From positions 1 to 57,526 of the forward strand of contig CAYFZQ010000002.1 of assembly GCA_964347825.1 (NCBI GenBank): DNA of 57,526 nucleotides. Reading direction: 5' to 3'. The position numbers and the translations under genes were made by a program. The DNA is from an uncultured Candidatus Bathyarchaeia archaeon. GTDB taxonomy: Archaea > Thermoproteota > Bathyarchaeia > Bathyarchaeales > Bathyarchaeaceae. The notes beneath the pieces were generated by a model. The model ran no database searches. It was not told the origin of the DNA and saw only the letters and a program-made list of their open reading frames with translations. Of this stretch, positions 18,260-28,051 are shown piece by piece (positions within the stretch are counted from its first letter, which is position 1; each line of letters begins with the position of its first letter).

Positions 18260-21200
18260 GTCGTCCCCTCTCGCCGTGCCGTTGACATGTAGAGATCAAC
18301 CAAGCCTGTGCCGATCGGTATGGATTGGCCCACTATAACGTTTTCGGTAACGCCTTTCAATGGGTCGCTCTCACCCTTAATCGCGGCATCCACGATGTTC
18401 GGAATCGTAATCTCGAAGGCTGCTCTCGCGAGAACACTGGCTTTCTCGCCACTGATTCCATGTCGGCCGATCTGCCGTACACTGCCCGTCACAGTCATGA
18501 TGTCAGACACCAACATCACGTGTCGAACATCTACGTCGAGACCTTGCTCCTCAAGAACGCCCAAGGCCTCATCGATTGTGGAGTTTCTCGCCGCCTCGAT
18601 TCCAAGTGTGGAGGCGATCTCGTGCACATGGTTCGTGGTTGTTCGCGTGGGATCTATTCCAGAGACTTCCAAGACCCTTGAAAGATTCGAGCCGTCCGTT
18701 CGTATAACCCACTCTCCACTTTCTTCGGTGACCAGCACTCGGCTGACGCCCTGTACGCCCTTGACATATTCCGAGGTCACCTTTTCAAGGAGTTTCTTGA
18801 GATCGGTGGGTCGTTGAGGGGTGAAGATGACCTGATTGCCTTCGAGCTTCACGTCACAATTTCGTATGGTTAGTAAGTCAGGCAACTCCTCCAGCGTGAT
18901 GCCTCTTTCCTCTATCGTTGCTGGATCGAGTTCGACGACGACGCCTTCTCGTTCGGGATCGACATACGGCGCGACTTGGGCAATGTCTTCCACGGTTGTG
19001 TTGATGACGTCTCGAGCGACTTCAGTGGCTTTTTCCTTGCTCTTCCGATGCTCTTTGTCGAGATAGATCGTCATGATGGGGGTGGATGGGACTCTTCGAG
19101 CATCCACGATTTCGATGAGACGCGGCAAACCAAGGGTTACGTTTTGTTCTCGAACTCCAGCGTAGTGAAACGTTCGGAGCGTCATCTGAGTTCCTGGCTC
19201 GCCAATCGATTGCGCCGCCACAATTCCGACTGCTTCCCCAGGCTCAACGAGTGCAGCTTTGAAGTTCTCAAGAGTCATGGCGATTGCTCGATCTACCCCT
19301 TGACGACTCAGTTTTGTCTTGTACAACTCTTGTCTAAGCTCTTTGACGAGAATCGGGGTTAGCTCAGCTTCGACCTCATCTAGGCGCTCTCGTATATACT
19401 TCTTCGAAGCAGGTTTGCCTTTCTCCAACATAATCTCGATTTGCTCAACTAGTCTGCTGACGTTCACCGCTTTGCCATGATCACTCTTGGCAGGGTCAAC
19501 CCCGTCTTCGCCATATCTGAACTGTATTATGTCTCCAACAGAATTTCTGACGGTGCCATCGTATTCGATTCGCAGATGCTCAAGGGCGTTGATGAGCCGT
19601 CTCTGCATGTATCCGCTTTGTTGCGTTCGAACTGCGGTGTCCACAAGACCTTCTCGACCGCCCATGGCGTGGAAGAAGAATTCGATAGGGTCTAGCCCTT
19701 CTCGATAGGACGAGTAGACGAAGCCTCGGGCCTTAGGCGACGGATCGCCTCGTTCGAAGTGCGGTAGCGCCCGATTCACGTATCCGCGCATGATCCGTTT
19801 GCCACGGACAGACTGCTGACCTACACACGCAGCCATTTGACCTATGTTGAGACTAGATCCTCTGGCTCCTGCTCTAGTCATTATCATGCCTGCGTTGTCC
19901 ATCTGGAAGTCCTCGTCAGCGACGCTTCCCGCCTTGTCTCTGGCTTTCGCGAGCTCATTCATCACGTAGATCTCAAAAGATTCGCCGAGCGTTTGTCCTG
20001 GCAGTCTCGGCAGGGTGCCATCCTGGTACGATTCGATGAGTTCGCTGATTCGCTTTTCGAATCTTTGGACGTTGTTGCCGATTTTCCTTTGAGCAGTCTG
20101 AGAGAGCTCGAGTTCGTCAAAGGAGAAGGTGAACCCTCGCATCGTCATGAAGAGTTTCAGAAGCTGGCAGGCGCGATTTAGAAATTGTCGACCCACTTGA
20201 GTGCCGTAATCTTTTATTATTCGATGAAGAAGGCTTTCTGACTGCTCTGCGCCTATTGAGCGGCGGTCAATGACCCCCGATTTCAGGATGCCGTCTTTGA
20301 CGACCACGTAGGCGTCGTAAGGACATTCTCCACGTTTGCAGCTGGCGCAGTTAAGGCATATGCTCGACTTTAGAGCGTAGTTCAATTCCTTCGGGAATAG
20401 CACACTGAATATTTGCTTTCCAGTCCAAAGCTGTTCGGGTTTCTTTATCTCTGGATCAGGTACAGGGCCTTCGTAATCTGCAGCCATTAGCAATCTACAG
20501 ACTTCTTCCTTCGTGAGACAAGTAGACTTGCGGGTGAAGAGATAGGCTGCTGTTATGTAGTCCCTAATCGCGCCTATTATGGGCCCTCCAAACCTTGGGG
20601 AGAGAATCTGGTCTTGAACCTGCATAAGTATCCGTGCTTCTGTTCGGGCCTCTTCGCTTTGTGGCACGTGGAGATTCATTTCATCGCCATCAAAGTCAGC
20701 GTTGTATGGGGGACAAACACAAAGATGCAGCCGAAAAGTCCTTTGTGGCAGAACCCGAACGTAGTGTGACATGATAGACATCCGGTGAAGCGACGGCTGC
20801 CTGTTGAAGATGGCTATGTCACCGTTTCGGATGTGACGTTCTAATATGAAACCCGGCTCCAAGGCTTCTGCAACCTTTTCCCGGTCCACGACAAATTCCA
20901 ATCGTATACGTTTGCCATCAGGCCTTACGACGTAGAGGGCGCCTGGGTATTGCTCAGGTCCATTAGTCACCAGTCCTCGCATCTCTTCGATGTTCCAATC
21001 AGTAACCTTCTCCGGTACCGAAAGTCGCATGGCAACATCAAGAGGAACTCCGACTTCGGTGATGTCTAAATTGGGGTCTGGAGAAATCACTGTACGTGCT
21101 GAAAAATCAACGCGCTTTCCCGACAGGTTGCTCCGAAATCTGCCTTCCTTTCCCTTAAGGCGTTGTGACAAAGTCTTAAGGGCTCTTCCTGATCGGTGTC

Positions 21201-22077
21201 TCGCAGGAGGAATTCCCGACGCCTGATTGTTGAAGTATGTGGTTACGTGGTATTGCAGAAGCTCAGAGAGGTCTTGGATGATTAGGGTTGGGGCTCCTGC
21301 TTCCATGTTCTCTTTCAGACGTTGATTAATGCGGATGATGTCAACAAGTTTGTGAGTGAGATCATCCTCAGATCGGATACCTGATTCCAAGGTTATAGAG
21401 GGTCTCACGTAGACTGGTGGAACGGGGAGAACTTGGAGAATCATCCATTCCGGTCGAGCGGTCTCTGGGTTGAAGCCGACCAACTCAAGGTCTTCATTAG
21501 GTATGCGTTCTAGGCGCTCGCGAATCATACTTGCGGTTAATCGCTGCGCGCCCCTTTCGGGAATATCTTCTGTGAATTTCGTTGGCTTGTCAAAAATGAT
21601 CTTGTACTGGGGCACGCCACAATGCGGGCATTCTTTCTTCCTTGCTTCCTTCAACACGTTTTTGTAGAGGGTGTCTGGAGTGGTCCCTAGTAGTTTTCGG
21701 TGCCGCCGGATTCCTTCTCTGAGTTTTTTGATGCGATTGTCAGGCAGTAGTATCCGCCCGCAATTCCTACACGTTGCATGGAGAAGATTGTGGATCATCT
21801 TGGTGAATTCGATATGGATTATGGGAACAGCAAGTTCTATGTGGCCAAAATGGCCTGGACACCGTATTGCGGTATTTCCACACGTCCTACACCGCTGCCT
21901 TGGCTCGAGCGTCCCCAGTCTACCATCCATGAGTCCCGACGTTATCGGCGCCCCATCTTCATCGTACGTGTCTGCCGTTTGTATCTCTGCAACAGAAAGC
22001 CTACGTATTTCCTGAGGAGAGACCATCCCGAAAGAAACTCTGTTTATGACCCTGTGAACTGGACTCTCAAGTGCCAA
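18256..22077 (-). CDS. rpoA: DNA-directed RNA polymerase subunit A, unsplit (A' and A'' in one 1273-aa ORF)
   Basis: Zn motifs CRTCGN...CPGHFGH and the catalytic loop YNADFDGDEMNLH. The A''-type segment PGEAVGIVAAQSIGEPGTQMTLRTFHYAGV is continuous in the same frame. Confidence 0.95.
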   Translation of the reverse strand: MALESPVHRVINRVSFGMVSPQEIRRLSVAEIQTADTYDEDGAPITSGLMDGRLGTLEPRQRCRTCGNTAIRCPGHFGHIELAVPIIHIEFTKMIHNLLHATCRNCGRILLPDNRIKKLREGIRRHRKLLGTTPDTLYKNVLKEARKKECPHCGVPQYKIIFDKPTKFTEDIPERGAQRLTASMIRERLERIPNEDLELVGFNPETARPEWMILQVLPVPPVYVRPSITLESGIRSEDDLTHKLVDIIRINQRLKENMEAGAPTLIIQDLSELLQYHVTTYFNNQASGIPPARHRSGRALKTLSQRLKGKEGRFRSNLSGKRVDFSARTVISPDPNLDITEVGVPLDVAMRLSVPEKVTDWNIEEMRGLVTNGPEQYPGALYVVRPDGKRIRLEFVVDREKVAEALEPGFILERHIRNGDIAIFNRQPSLHRMSIMSHYVRVLPQRTFRLHLCVCPPYNADFDGDEMNLHVPQSEEARTEARILMQVQDQILSPRFGGPIIGAIRDYITAAYLFTRKSTCLTKEEVCRLLMAADYEGPVPDPEIKKPEQLWTGKQIFSVLFPKELNYALKSSICLNCASCKRGECPYDAYVVVKDGILKSGVIDRRSIGAEQSESLLHRIIKDYGTQVGRQFLNRACQLLKLFMTMRGFTFSFDELELSQTAQRKIGNNVQRFEKRISELIESYQDGTLPRLPGQTLGESFEIYVMNELAKARDKAGSVADEDFQMDNAGMIMTRAGARGSSLNIGQMAACVGQQSVRGKRIMRGYVNRALPHFERGDPSPKARGFVYSSYREGLDPIEFFFHAMGGREGLVDTAVRTQQSGYMQRRLINALEHLRIEYDGTVRNSVGDIIQFRYGEDGVDPAKSDHGKAVNVSRLVEQIEIMLEKGKPASKKYIRERLDEVEAELTPILVKELRQELYKTKLSRQGVDRAIAMTLENFKAALVEPGEAVGIVAAQSIGEPGTQMTLRTFHYAGVREQNVTLGLPRLIEIVDARRVPSTPIMTIYLDKEHRKSKEKATEVARDVINTTVEDIAQVAPYVDPEREGVVVELDPATIEERGITLEELPDLLTIRNCDVKLEGNQVIFTPQRPTDLKKLLEKVTSEYVKGVQGVSRVLVTEESGEWVIRTDGSNLSRVLEVSGIDPTRTTTNHVHEIASTLGIEAARNSTIDEALGVLEEQGLDVDVRHVMLVSDIMTVTGSVRQIGRHGISGEKASVLARAAFEITIPNIVDAAIKGESDPLKGVTENVIVGQSIPIGTGLVDLYMSTARREGTT

Positions 22078-25000
22078 TTACGCCCTCTCCTCCAATTCAA
22101 GGCGGGGTGCCACACACAGGCTCATGAGTTCCTGCAAAAGAAGTTTGAAAGCATACGACACGACGACGGGGGAAATCTGAGCCTTTTCCTCACATATTCG
22201 ACAAACATACGTACGTTGTTTAATGTCATAGTAAGCAATGTAACCACAATTCTCACAAACATACAAAAGGTACTTGTCTGATTCCTCAAGCAAGCGGTCT
22301 TGCAGCAACATAGCAGCACCGTGCCCAATCAAGCAATCCCGCTCCATCTCACCGAAACGCAACCCACCCCCTCTCGCACGCCCCTCGGTAGGCTGACGCG
22401 TCAACATCTGGACTTGTCCCCGTGCTCTGGCGTGCATCTTATCGGCGACCATGTGGTGAAGTTTCTGATAATATACCACGCCCATGAAAATCTCAGCGAC
22501 AAACTTCTCACCCGTAGTGCCGTTGTAGAGAATCTCTCGACCAGTATTACTGAAGCCGAGGTCGATCAATTCCCGCTTTAGCACTTCAGGCTCTTCATTG
22601 ACAAAGGGTGTTCCGTCTACACGATTCCCTCTTGCCGCAGCCACCTTTCCCGCCATGGATTCCAAGAACTGGCCGATAGTCATTCTTGAAGGAATGGCAT
22701 GAGGATTGATTATAATGTCAGGCACTATTCCTTCTGCACTGAAGGGCATGTCCTCATGAGGAACGATCATTCCGATGACACCTTTTTGCCCATGACGCGA
22801 GGCGAATTTGTCGCCCAGTTCGGGTATGCGTTGATCACGAGCTCTAACTTTGACGAGCTTGCTGCCTTCCCCGGACTCGGTGATGAAGATGTCGTCTACG
22901 ACCCCGGTTTCCGCAGGTCTCATGTCCACCGAGGTGTCTCTCATCGTCGGGCCTTTCACTTCAAACTCTTTGTATTCTTCGAGGAACCGAGGGGGGCTTG
23001 TTCTTCCGATCAGGACGTCGCCACCTGCGGTGTAGGATTCTAAGCCAACGATTCCATCGAGTTCGAGAAGGCGATAGTATTGTTCCCCTCGAAATCCCCG
23101 AATCCCTGATTCAGGTATGGTAAACTTGTCCTTGAGCCCGCCGAGGTATTGACGACATTCCGCCTCGTAAATGCGGTAAAAGGTCGAACGCCCCAAACCT
23201 CGCTCAATGGAGGCTTTGTTAAAGACTAAGGCGTCCTCCATGTTGTATCCTTCGAAAGAAATGACAGCGACTACGCAGTTCTGCCCCGATGGCCGAAGAT
23301 CGTAGCCTACAATATCCATAGGTCTTGTCTTCACCAGGGGCGTCTGCGGATGATGCAGAATGTGGGAACGTGAGTCCACGCGATGAATGAAGTTGGTCAC
23401 GTTCACGCCTAAAGCCTGCTTGGCCATAGCCGCCTCGTACGAGTTGCGGGGAGATTGATTATGTTCGGGGTAGGGAATTAGGGAAGCGCATATCCCGAGA
23501 ATCGTGTAGGCGGCTAGTTCCACGTGAGTGTGATTGGGGGTCACCTCTTCTAGGTCTAGTGCCACGAGCAGGTTTTCTTCTTCCTCTGCATCGATGTATT
23601 CGATTATTCCTCGTTCAATCAGGTCTTCCCATGTCCACTCTCCAGAACGGATCCTGTCGATGTGTTTCTGTTTCAGTCGTGGTGTTCCGTCTTCAACGAC
23701 TATCAGAGGTCGGCGGACACGCCCTTCGTCACAGTTCACATAGATCTCTTGGCTTCCATCGTGATCTGCAAAGGAGGCAACATTCACCTCCGTAGGGATC
23801 TTTCCGTTTCTTCGCCGGGTTCTCACTTCTGTAGCAAGCTCATCGGGTGACATGCAGTAGCCAACAAGAGACCCGCCCACAAACACTTTGGCCCCAGAGA
23901 GCCGTAGGACTTCGTTGACGTCTTGGATTGGTACAACATTCATTTCATAAAGCGTCTTCTTCATCTTTTCCGGGTTTACACTCACAGAAATGCTCGCGGA
24001 CATTGCGAGATTCTTCACCAAGCCACAGTTTGAACCTTCAGGCGTTTCATTTGGGCACAACCGCCCCCAGTGAGTTGGGTGCAAGTCTCTCGCTTCGAAG
24101 TTAGGCTGACTACGACTCAACGGAGATTGCAGTCTCCGCAAGTGACTCAGAGTTGAAACATTGTTTGTTCGATCCAGCAGTTGTGTGATGCCGACACGCC
24201 CGCGCCCCCAGTTGCCTGTCGCAAGGGCGTGTTTTATCCGTTCAGCAATGATTCCGGGACGCACTGCCGCGGATATTGTGAGCATCCGCTTCTTCAGCCC
24301 CATTCTTTCTAGCTGGTATTTTATATCGCGGCAAAGATTCCGAAATACGACCCGGAACATATCGGCGAGTAGGGGGCCAGCGAGTTTCAAACGTTTGTTT
24401 TTGAAGTGGTCTTTGTCGTCAGATTGCCGCCTTCCAAGTTTCAACTCAATAGCTCGACGAGCCATTTCGCCTAAGAATAGCGCCTTTTCCTTCCGTTTCT
24501 CAATGTCCCGTCCAATATGGGGCAGGAAGTTTCTGTCAAGAATGCTTTCAGCTTTCTGACGACGATACTCTTCAACTTGCCCGTGGGCCACACGGTTCCC
24601 GATATACATTATTGCATCGTGGGTCGTGTCGAAGCCCATAGCCTTTTCAAAGGAGTCTTCAAGCTCGTTTTGCAGTGTTCTTTCTGGAGAGACTGCTTCG
24701 GCGATTTCTTTGTCTGACTCCAGACCAAGGGCTCTCATCACTATGACCAAGGGTATCTCAGTGGGAACTCCGGGCATGGAGACGAATATGCCACGCCCCA
24801 GCTTCATTCTGAGCTGGATTCTCGCCCGGAACCCGACCGTGGTCGAGAATATTTTCGCTTGATAAACTGGTCTTGCGCCACGGGTGTCCACGTCTACAAG
24901 GATGCGATTGGCAGCCAGATCCTCCAATGCGACCATCACGCGTTCCGAACCGTTGATTATGAAATAGCCCCCGAAGTCGCTTGGGTCTTCGCCATGCCTA

Positions 25001-25443
25001 ACCAGCTCGTCGGGATGGAGCTGTGATAGAACGCAGATCTTGGATTTGAGCATGACTGGAAGGTCGCCGATCAAGACAAGTTCGGGTTCGAGTTCTTTGC
25101 CATCTATAACAGGAGTCATCTCTAAGGCTAGAGGAGCTGCGTAGGTTAGGTCTCGGAAGCGCGCTTCCATCGGATAGATTTCGTGTTTTGTGCCGTCCAC
25201 TTCGGTGATGTAGGGACCCGTAATTTTTGATTGTGGATCTATCATCCAGAGCTGCCCGAGTTTGATTTTGTATGGGCTCTCTGGAATGTCGATGCTGATC
25301 TCGCCCGTTTCGTCTATGACTTCTTGTAGGCCATGGTCGATGAATTTGTTGTACGAATCGAGGTGTTGTCTGACTAGCCCCTTTTCTTTGAAGAAGGCTT
25401 TCTGAAGGAGTACGAGGTCGTCTTCTCTGAATCCCAAATTCAA
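22078..25443 (-). CDS. rpoB: DNA-directed RNA polymerase subunit B, unsplit (1121 aa)
   Basis: FFKEKGLVRQHLDSYN N-terminus, GDKFASRHGQKGV, and a C-terminal Zn ribbon CENCG...CRIC. TTG start at 25443, directly abutting rpoA. Confidence 0.95.
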   Translation of the reverse strand: MNLGFREDDLVLLQKAFFKEKGLVRQHLDSYNKFIDHGLQEVIDETGEISIDIPESPYKIKLGQLWMIDPQSKITGPYITEVDGTKHEIYPMEARFRDLTYAAPLALEMTPVIDGKELEPELVLIGDLPVMLKSKICVLSQLHPDELVRHGEDPSDFGGYFIINGSERVMVALEDLAANRILVDVDTRGARPVYQAKIFSTTVGFRARIQLRMKLGRGIFVSMPGVPTEIPLVIVMRALGLESDKEIAEAVSPERTLQNELEDSFEKAMGFDTTHDAIMYIGNRVAHGQVEEYRRQKAESILDRNFLPHIGRDIEKRKEKALFLGEMARRAIELKLGRRQSDDKDHFKNKRLKLAGPLLADMFRVVFRNLCRDIKYQLERMGLKKRMLTISAAVRPGIIAERIKHALATGNWGRGRVGITQLLDRTNNVSTLSHLRRLQSPLSRSQPNFEARDLHPTHWGRLCPNETPEGSNCGLVKNLAMSASISVSVNPEKMKKTLYEMNVVPIQDVNEVLRLSGAKVFVGGSLVGYCMSPDELATEVRTRRRNGKIPTEVNVASFADHDGSQEIYVNCDEGRVRRPLIVVEDGTPRLKQKHIDRIRSGEWTWEDLIERGIIEYIDAEEEENLLVALDLEEVTPNHTHVELAAYTILGICASLIPYPEHNQSPRNSYEAAMAKQALGVNVTNFIHRVDSRSHILHHPQTPLVKTRPMDIVGYDLRPSGQNCVVAVISFEGYNMEDALVFNKASIERGLGRSTFYRIYEAECRQYLGGLKDKFTIPESGIRGFRGEQYYRLLELDGIVGLESYTAGGDVLIGRTSPPRFLEEYKEFEVKGPTMRDTSVDMRPAETGVVDDIFITESGEGSKLVKVRARDQRIPELGDKFASRHGQKGVIGMIVPHEDMPFSAEGIVPDIIINPHAIPSRMTIGQFLESMAGKVAAARGNRVDGTPFVNEEPEVLKRELIDLGFSNTGREILYNGTTGEKFVAEIFMGVVYYQKLHHMVADKMHARARGQVQMLTRQPTEGRARGGGLRFGEMERDCLIGHGAAMLLQDRLLEESDKYLLYVCENCGYIAYYDIKQRTYVCRICEEKAQISPVVVSYAFKLLLQELMSLCVAPRLELEERA

Positions 25444-25800
25444 CTAGTTCTCCATAACTCAGTAATGAATGAAAATGGAAAGATCGTGTGACATGTTACG
25501 GTTCCCTTCAAACTAGGAGATTCCTCCAACGGGTCGGCATCATCCAACCCGAAAACCCGGGCGTCCAAGACTGCTTCCTAACCCATTTTTGGGAGCTACC
25601 AACGTAAACCATGTTGCTAATTTATAAACTTTACCTAGCTCAAATTAGCATTACCTTATACAGTTTCAGGAGATAGCGGCTATTTCCGCTTGCGGAACAG
25701 CATCGCATCCCCGGGAGTTGTGCAAATATATTCAAAGTCGGTCTCCAGCAATTTTCTCGCGTCATCGGTGGTTTCGGCAACGGCTGAGTGGTATTCGTCG

Positions 25801-25816
25801 CATGCATGCATGCATG
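25801..25816. repeat. (CATG)x4 perfect 16-nt palindrome/tetranucleotide repeat
   Basis: catgcatgcatgcatg read directly. It lies inside the 450-bp gene-poor spacer between tRNA(CAT) and rpoB. Confidence 0.9.
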
Positions 25817-25895
25817 AATTCCGGCGCACGAAAGCGGATGTAAATATGGAACCATCAGATCAACTATTGGAATTGCTGAAGAAATGATTGCTTGA

Positions 25896-25988
25896 TGGGC
25901 CCGGGGCGATTTGAACGCCCGACCAACAGGTCTCTCTTCCAAACTGCGCTATGAGCCTGTCGCTCTAACCTAGCTGAGCTACGGGCCC
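25896..25988 (-). tRNA. tRNA with anticodon CAT (elongator Met or Ile2), with an 18-nt intron at 37/38
   Basis: The reverse complement folds as GGGCCCG-TA-GCTC-AGCTAGGTTA-GAGC-G-ACAGG-CTCATA[GCGCAGTTTGGAAGAGAG]A-CCTGT-TGGTC-GGGCG-TTCAAAT-CGCCC-CGGGCCC-A. The intron is 25932..25949. CCA is not encoded. G1-C72 and an ACAGG stem argue against an initiator. Confidence 0.85.
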
Positions 25989-26162
25989 TCAACACGTATG
26001 GATTCCTAAGTTCTGATTTAAGGATTTTCCAAATACCGCCAGATTGCTGCAACCCCGTTTGCCCCCGCTTTCTCTCACAATAGACCGACCCCATCAACGT
26101 CCAACCAAACTTTAAATACAAACGTGCAATCCAAACAACATAGAAAGCCCGAGGTAACAGAG

Positions 26163-26567
26163 ATGGACTACAAAGAAATGCTGGAACGGGCGCGGTCCGA
26201 GCTTCCCTCAGATATCCCAGAACACAAACGCTTCGAGGTCCCAAACGCCCGCAGCTTTACAATCGGGATGAGAACCATAGTACATAACTTCAAGGAGATC
26301 TGTGACACGCTCAATCGCGACCCGAATCACCCGTTGAAGTTTCTGTCCAAAGAACTAGCTACCGCCGGAACACTACAAGGGACACGGGCAATGTTTCAAG
26401 GAAAGTTCCCTCGTCAAACAATCGACCGGCTGATTAAGAGGTACGTCGATGAGTTCATTATATGCCCTGTCTGCAAACGTCCGGATACGAAAATCACAAA
26501 AGAGAGACGTTTCTATTTTTTAATATGTGAAGCGTGCGGCGCAAAGTCATCGATTAGACCAGTCTAA
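26163..26567 (+). CDS. eif2b: translation initiation factor aIF-2 beta
   Basis: Trimmed to ATG 26163 (MDYKEMLERA...). C-terminal zinc ribbon CPVCKRPDT...CEACG. Confidence 0.88.
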   Translation: MDYKEMLERARSELPSDIPEHKRFEVPNARSFTIGMRTIVHNFKEICDTLNRDPNHPLKFLSKELATAGTLQGTRAMFQGKFPRQTIDRLIKRYVDEFIICPVCKRPDTKITKERRFYFLICEACGAKSSIRPV

Positions 26568-26578
26568 AGTGCACAACC

Positions 26579-26875
26579 TTGGAAGTCTACCTCAACCTAC
26601 GAAAACGTGGTCAAAGCAAGGTGCTCGCGATCTGTGATGCCGAATTGCTCGGGCAGACGCTGAACGAGGGAAAAATCGTTTTTGAAGTCAAAGAGGAGTT
26701 CTACAAAGGAACAAGGACAACAGTGGAAGAAGCGGTCGGCCTCATCGAACATTCCACGATCGTAAACATGGTTGGAAGGGGCATAGTCAAGAAGGCCATA
26801 GAAAAGGGGCTAATCCACCCTGACGCGGTTTTGAACATATCCGGCGTACCTCATGCCCAAATCGTCAGATTGTAA
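26579..26875 (+). CDS. DUF424-like conserved archaeal protein
   Basis: 98 aa, VLAICDAELLGQTL pattern, in the usual position next to aIF2-beta. TTG start. Confidence 0.55.
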   Translation: MEVYLNLRKRGQSKVLAICDAELLGQTLNEGKIVFEVKEEFYKGTRTTVEEAVGLIEHSTIVNMVGRGIVKKAIEKGLIHPDAVLNISGVPHAQIVRL

Positions 26876-26936
26876 CGAAGCTATTTAAGTGGAGAGACTG
26901 ATTCTAGTAAGGAACAGACGCCCACGAGGTGCCACT

Positions 26937-27254
26937 TTGGGCAAGAAGAAGGTCCTAAGCGAAGAAATCATAAAAGATATGACGCTCCCAACCGCCAACG
27001 ATGTGTTAGGCATAGCCCTGAAGCTACTGGGTTTCGACCGGGTCTCGGTCAAGTGTCAAGACGGTCACGAACGTCTCTGCCGAATTCGAGGTAAAATGAA
27101 GAGGAGAGTGTGGGTTAGAGTCGGAGACATCGTTTTGGTTTCCCCGTGGGACTTCCAGTCAGACAAACGCGGCGACATCATTTGGCGGTACACAAGGGCT
27201 CAGGCTCAATGGCTGAGAAAGAAGGGGTATCTCACGATCGAACGAGGAGGCTGA
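26937..27254 (+). CDS. eif1a: translation initiation factor aIF-1A
   Basis: VKCQDGHERLCRIRGKMKRRVWVRVGDIVLVSPWDFQSDKRGDIIWRY (S1/OB core). TTG 26937 has SD gaggtg 5 nt upstream and an A/T box tatttaa at 26882. The track start GTG 26889 is an alternative. Confidence 0.85.
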   Translation: MGKKKVLSEEIIKDMTLPTANDVLGIALKLLGFDRVSVKCQDGHERLCRIRGKMKRRVWVRVGDIVLVSPWDFQSDKRGDIIWRYTRAQAQWLRKKGYLTIERGG

Positions 27255-27256
27255 GC

Positions 27257-28051
27257 GTGTCCTATCGCAAGAAAGTGGAGAAGAAACTAAAGCGAAAAGA
27301 GAAACAATATGAGATCACCCGGCTCATGAAGAAGAAACGAAGCGAAGAATACGAAGTTTTGGAAGAAGTCTTCGATCGCTCCACCCTCATGACAATATAC
27401 GATTTTATGAACAAAGGAACGATCGACGAGATTCATGGCGTTGTGAAAGCTGGAAAAGAGGCCAGAATCTATTGGGGAAAAGATTCGGACGGCAAAGAAT
27501 TAGCAATCAAAATCTACCTGACAGTCTCCGCGGAGTTCAAGAAGGGCATGCTTCCATACATCGAAGGAGACCCCAGATTCACGCATGTCCGACGAGACAC
27601 GCGTTCCTTAGTTTACGCTTGGGCCCAGAAAGAGTTCAAAAATCTCCAAACCGCCGCCGCAGCCAAGATCAAAGTTCCTCAGCCCATTGACGTCAGCAAC
27701 AATGTACTCATTATGGAATTCATAGGAAAGAACGGCGTCCCAGCCCCGTTGTTGAGAGAGACTGCCCTCAAAAAACCAGAACGCGTATATCGACAATTGC
27801 TGAGCTACCTGAGAAGGCTTTATCAACGCGCAGGTCTTGTACATGGGGATCTCAGCGAGTATAATGTCATGCTGTGGAGAAACCAGCCAATCTTGTTTGA
27901 CATCTCACAAGCCGTGCCGCTTCAGCACCCCATGGCAAACCAGCTCCTCCGAAGAGATCTGGAGAATCTGCATAGGTATTTCAAGAAGCTGAACATAGAG
28001 GTATTACCGTTGGAAGAAATGTACGGAAGGGTCACCAGTGGAAAGGCCTAG
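27257..28051 (+). CDS. rio1: RIO-type serine protein kinase (Rio1-like)
   Basis: Track ORF 27146.. overlaps eif1a. GTG 27257 follows SD aggagg by 6 nt. Motifs GKEARIY, LVHGDLSEYN and FDISQAV. Confidence 0.85.
   Translation: MSYRKKVEKKLKRKEKQYEITRLMKKKRSEEYEVLEEVFDRSTLMTIYDFMNKGTIDEIHGVVKAGKEARIYWGKDSDGKELAIKIYLTVSAEFKKGMLPYIEGDPRFTHVRRDTRSLVYAWAQKEFKNLQTAAAAKIKVPQPIDVSNNVLIMEFIGKNGVPAPLLRETALKKPERVYRQLLSYLRRLYQRAGLVHGDLSEYNVMLWRNQPILFDISQAVPLQHPMANQLLRRDLENLHRYFKKLNIEVLPLEEMYGRVTSGKA

Noticed and set aside
25432-25455. ATG-GAG-AAC-TAG immediately in frame before the rpoB TTG start
   Set aside because: It is an ordinary upstream stop defining the ORF. The RpoB N-terminus from the TTG aligns with the conserved FFKEKGLVRQHLDSYN block at the usual distance.
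25640-25942. 100-aa minus-strand ORF upstream of rpoB (candidate rpoH?)
   Set aside because: It overlaps the tRNA(CAT) gene. Its sequence (C/H/P-rich) has none of the RpoH C-terminal pattern.
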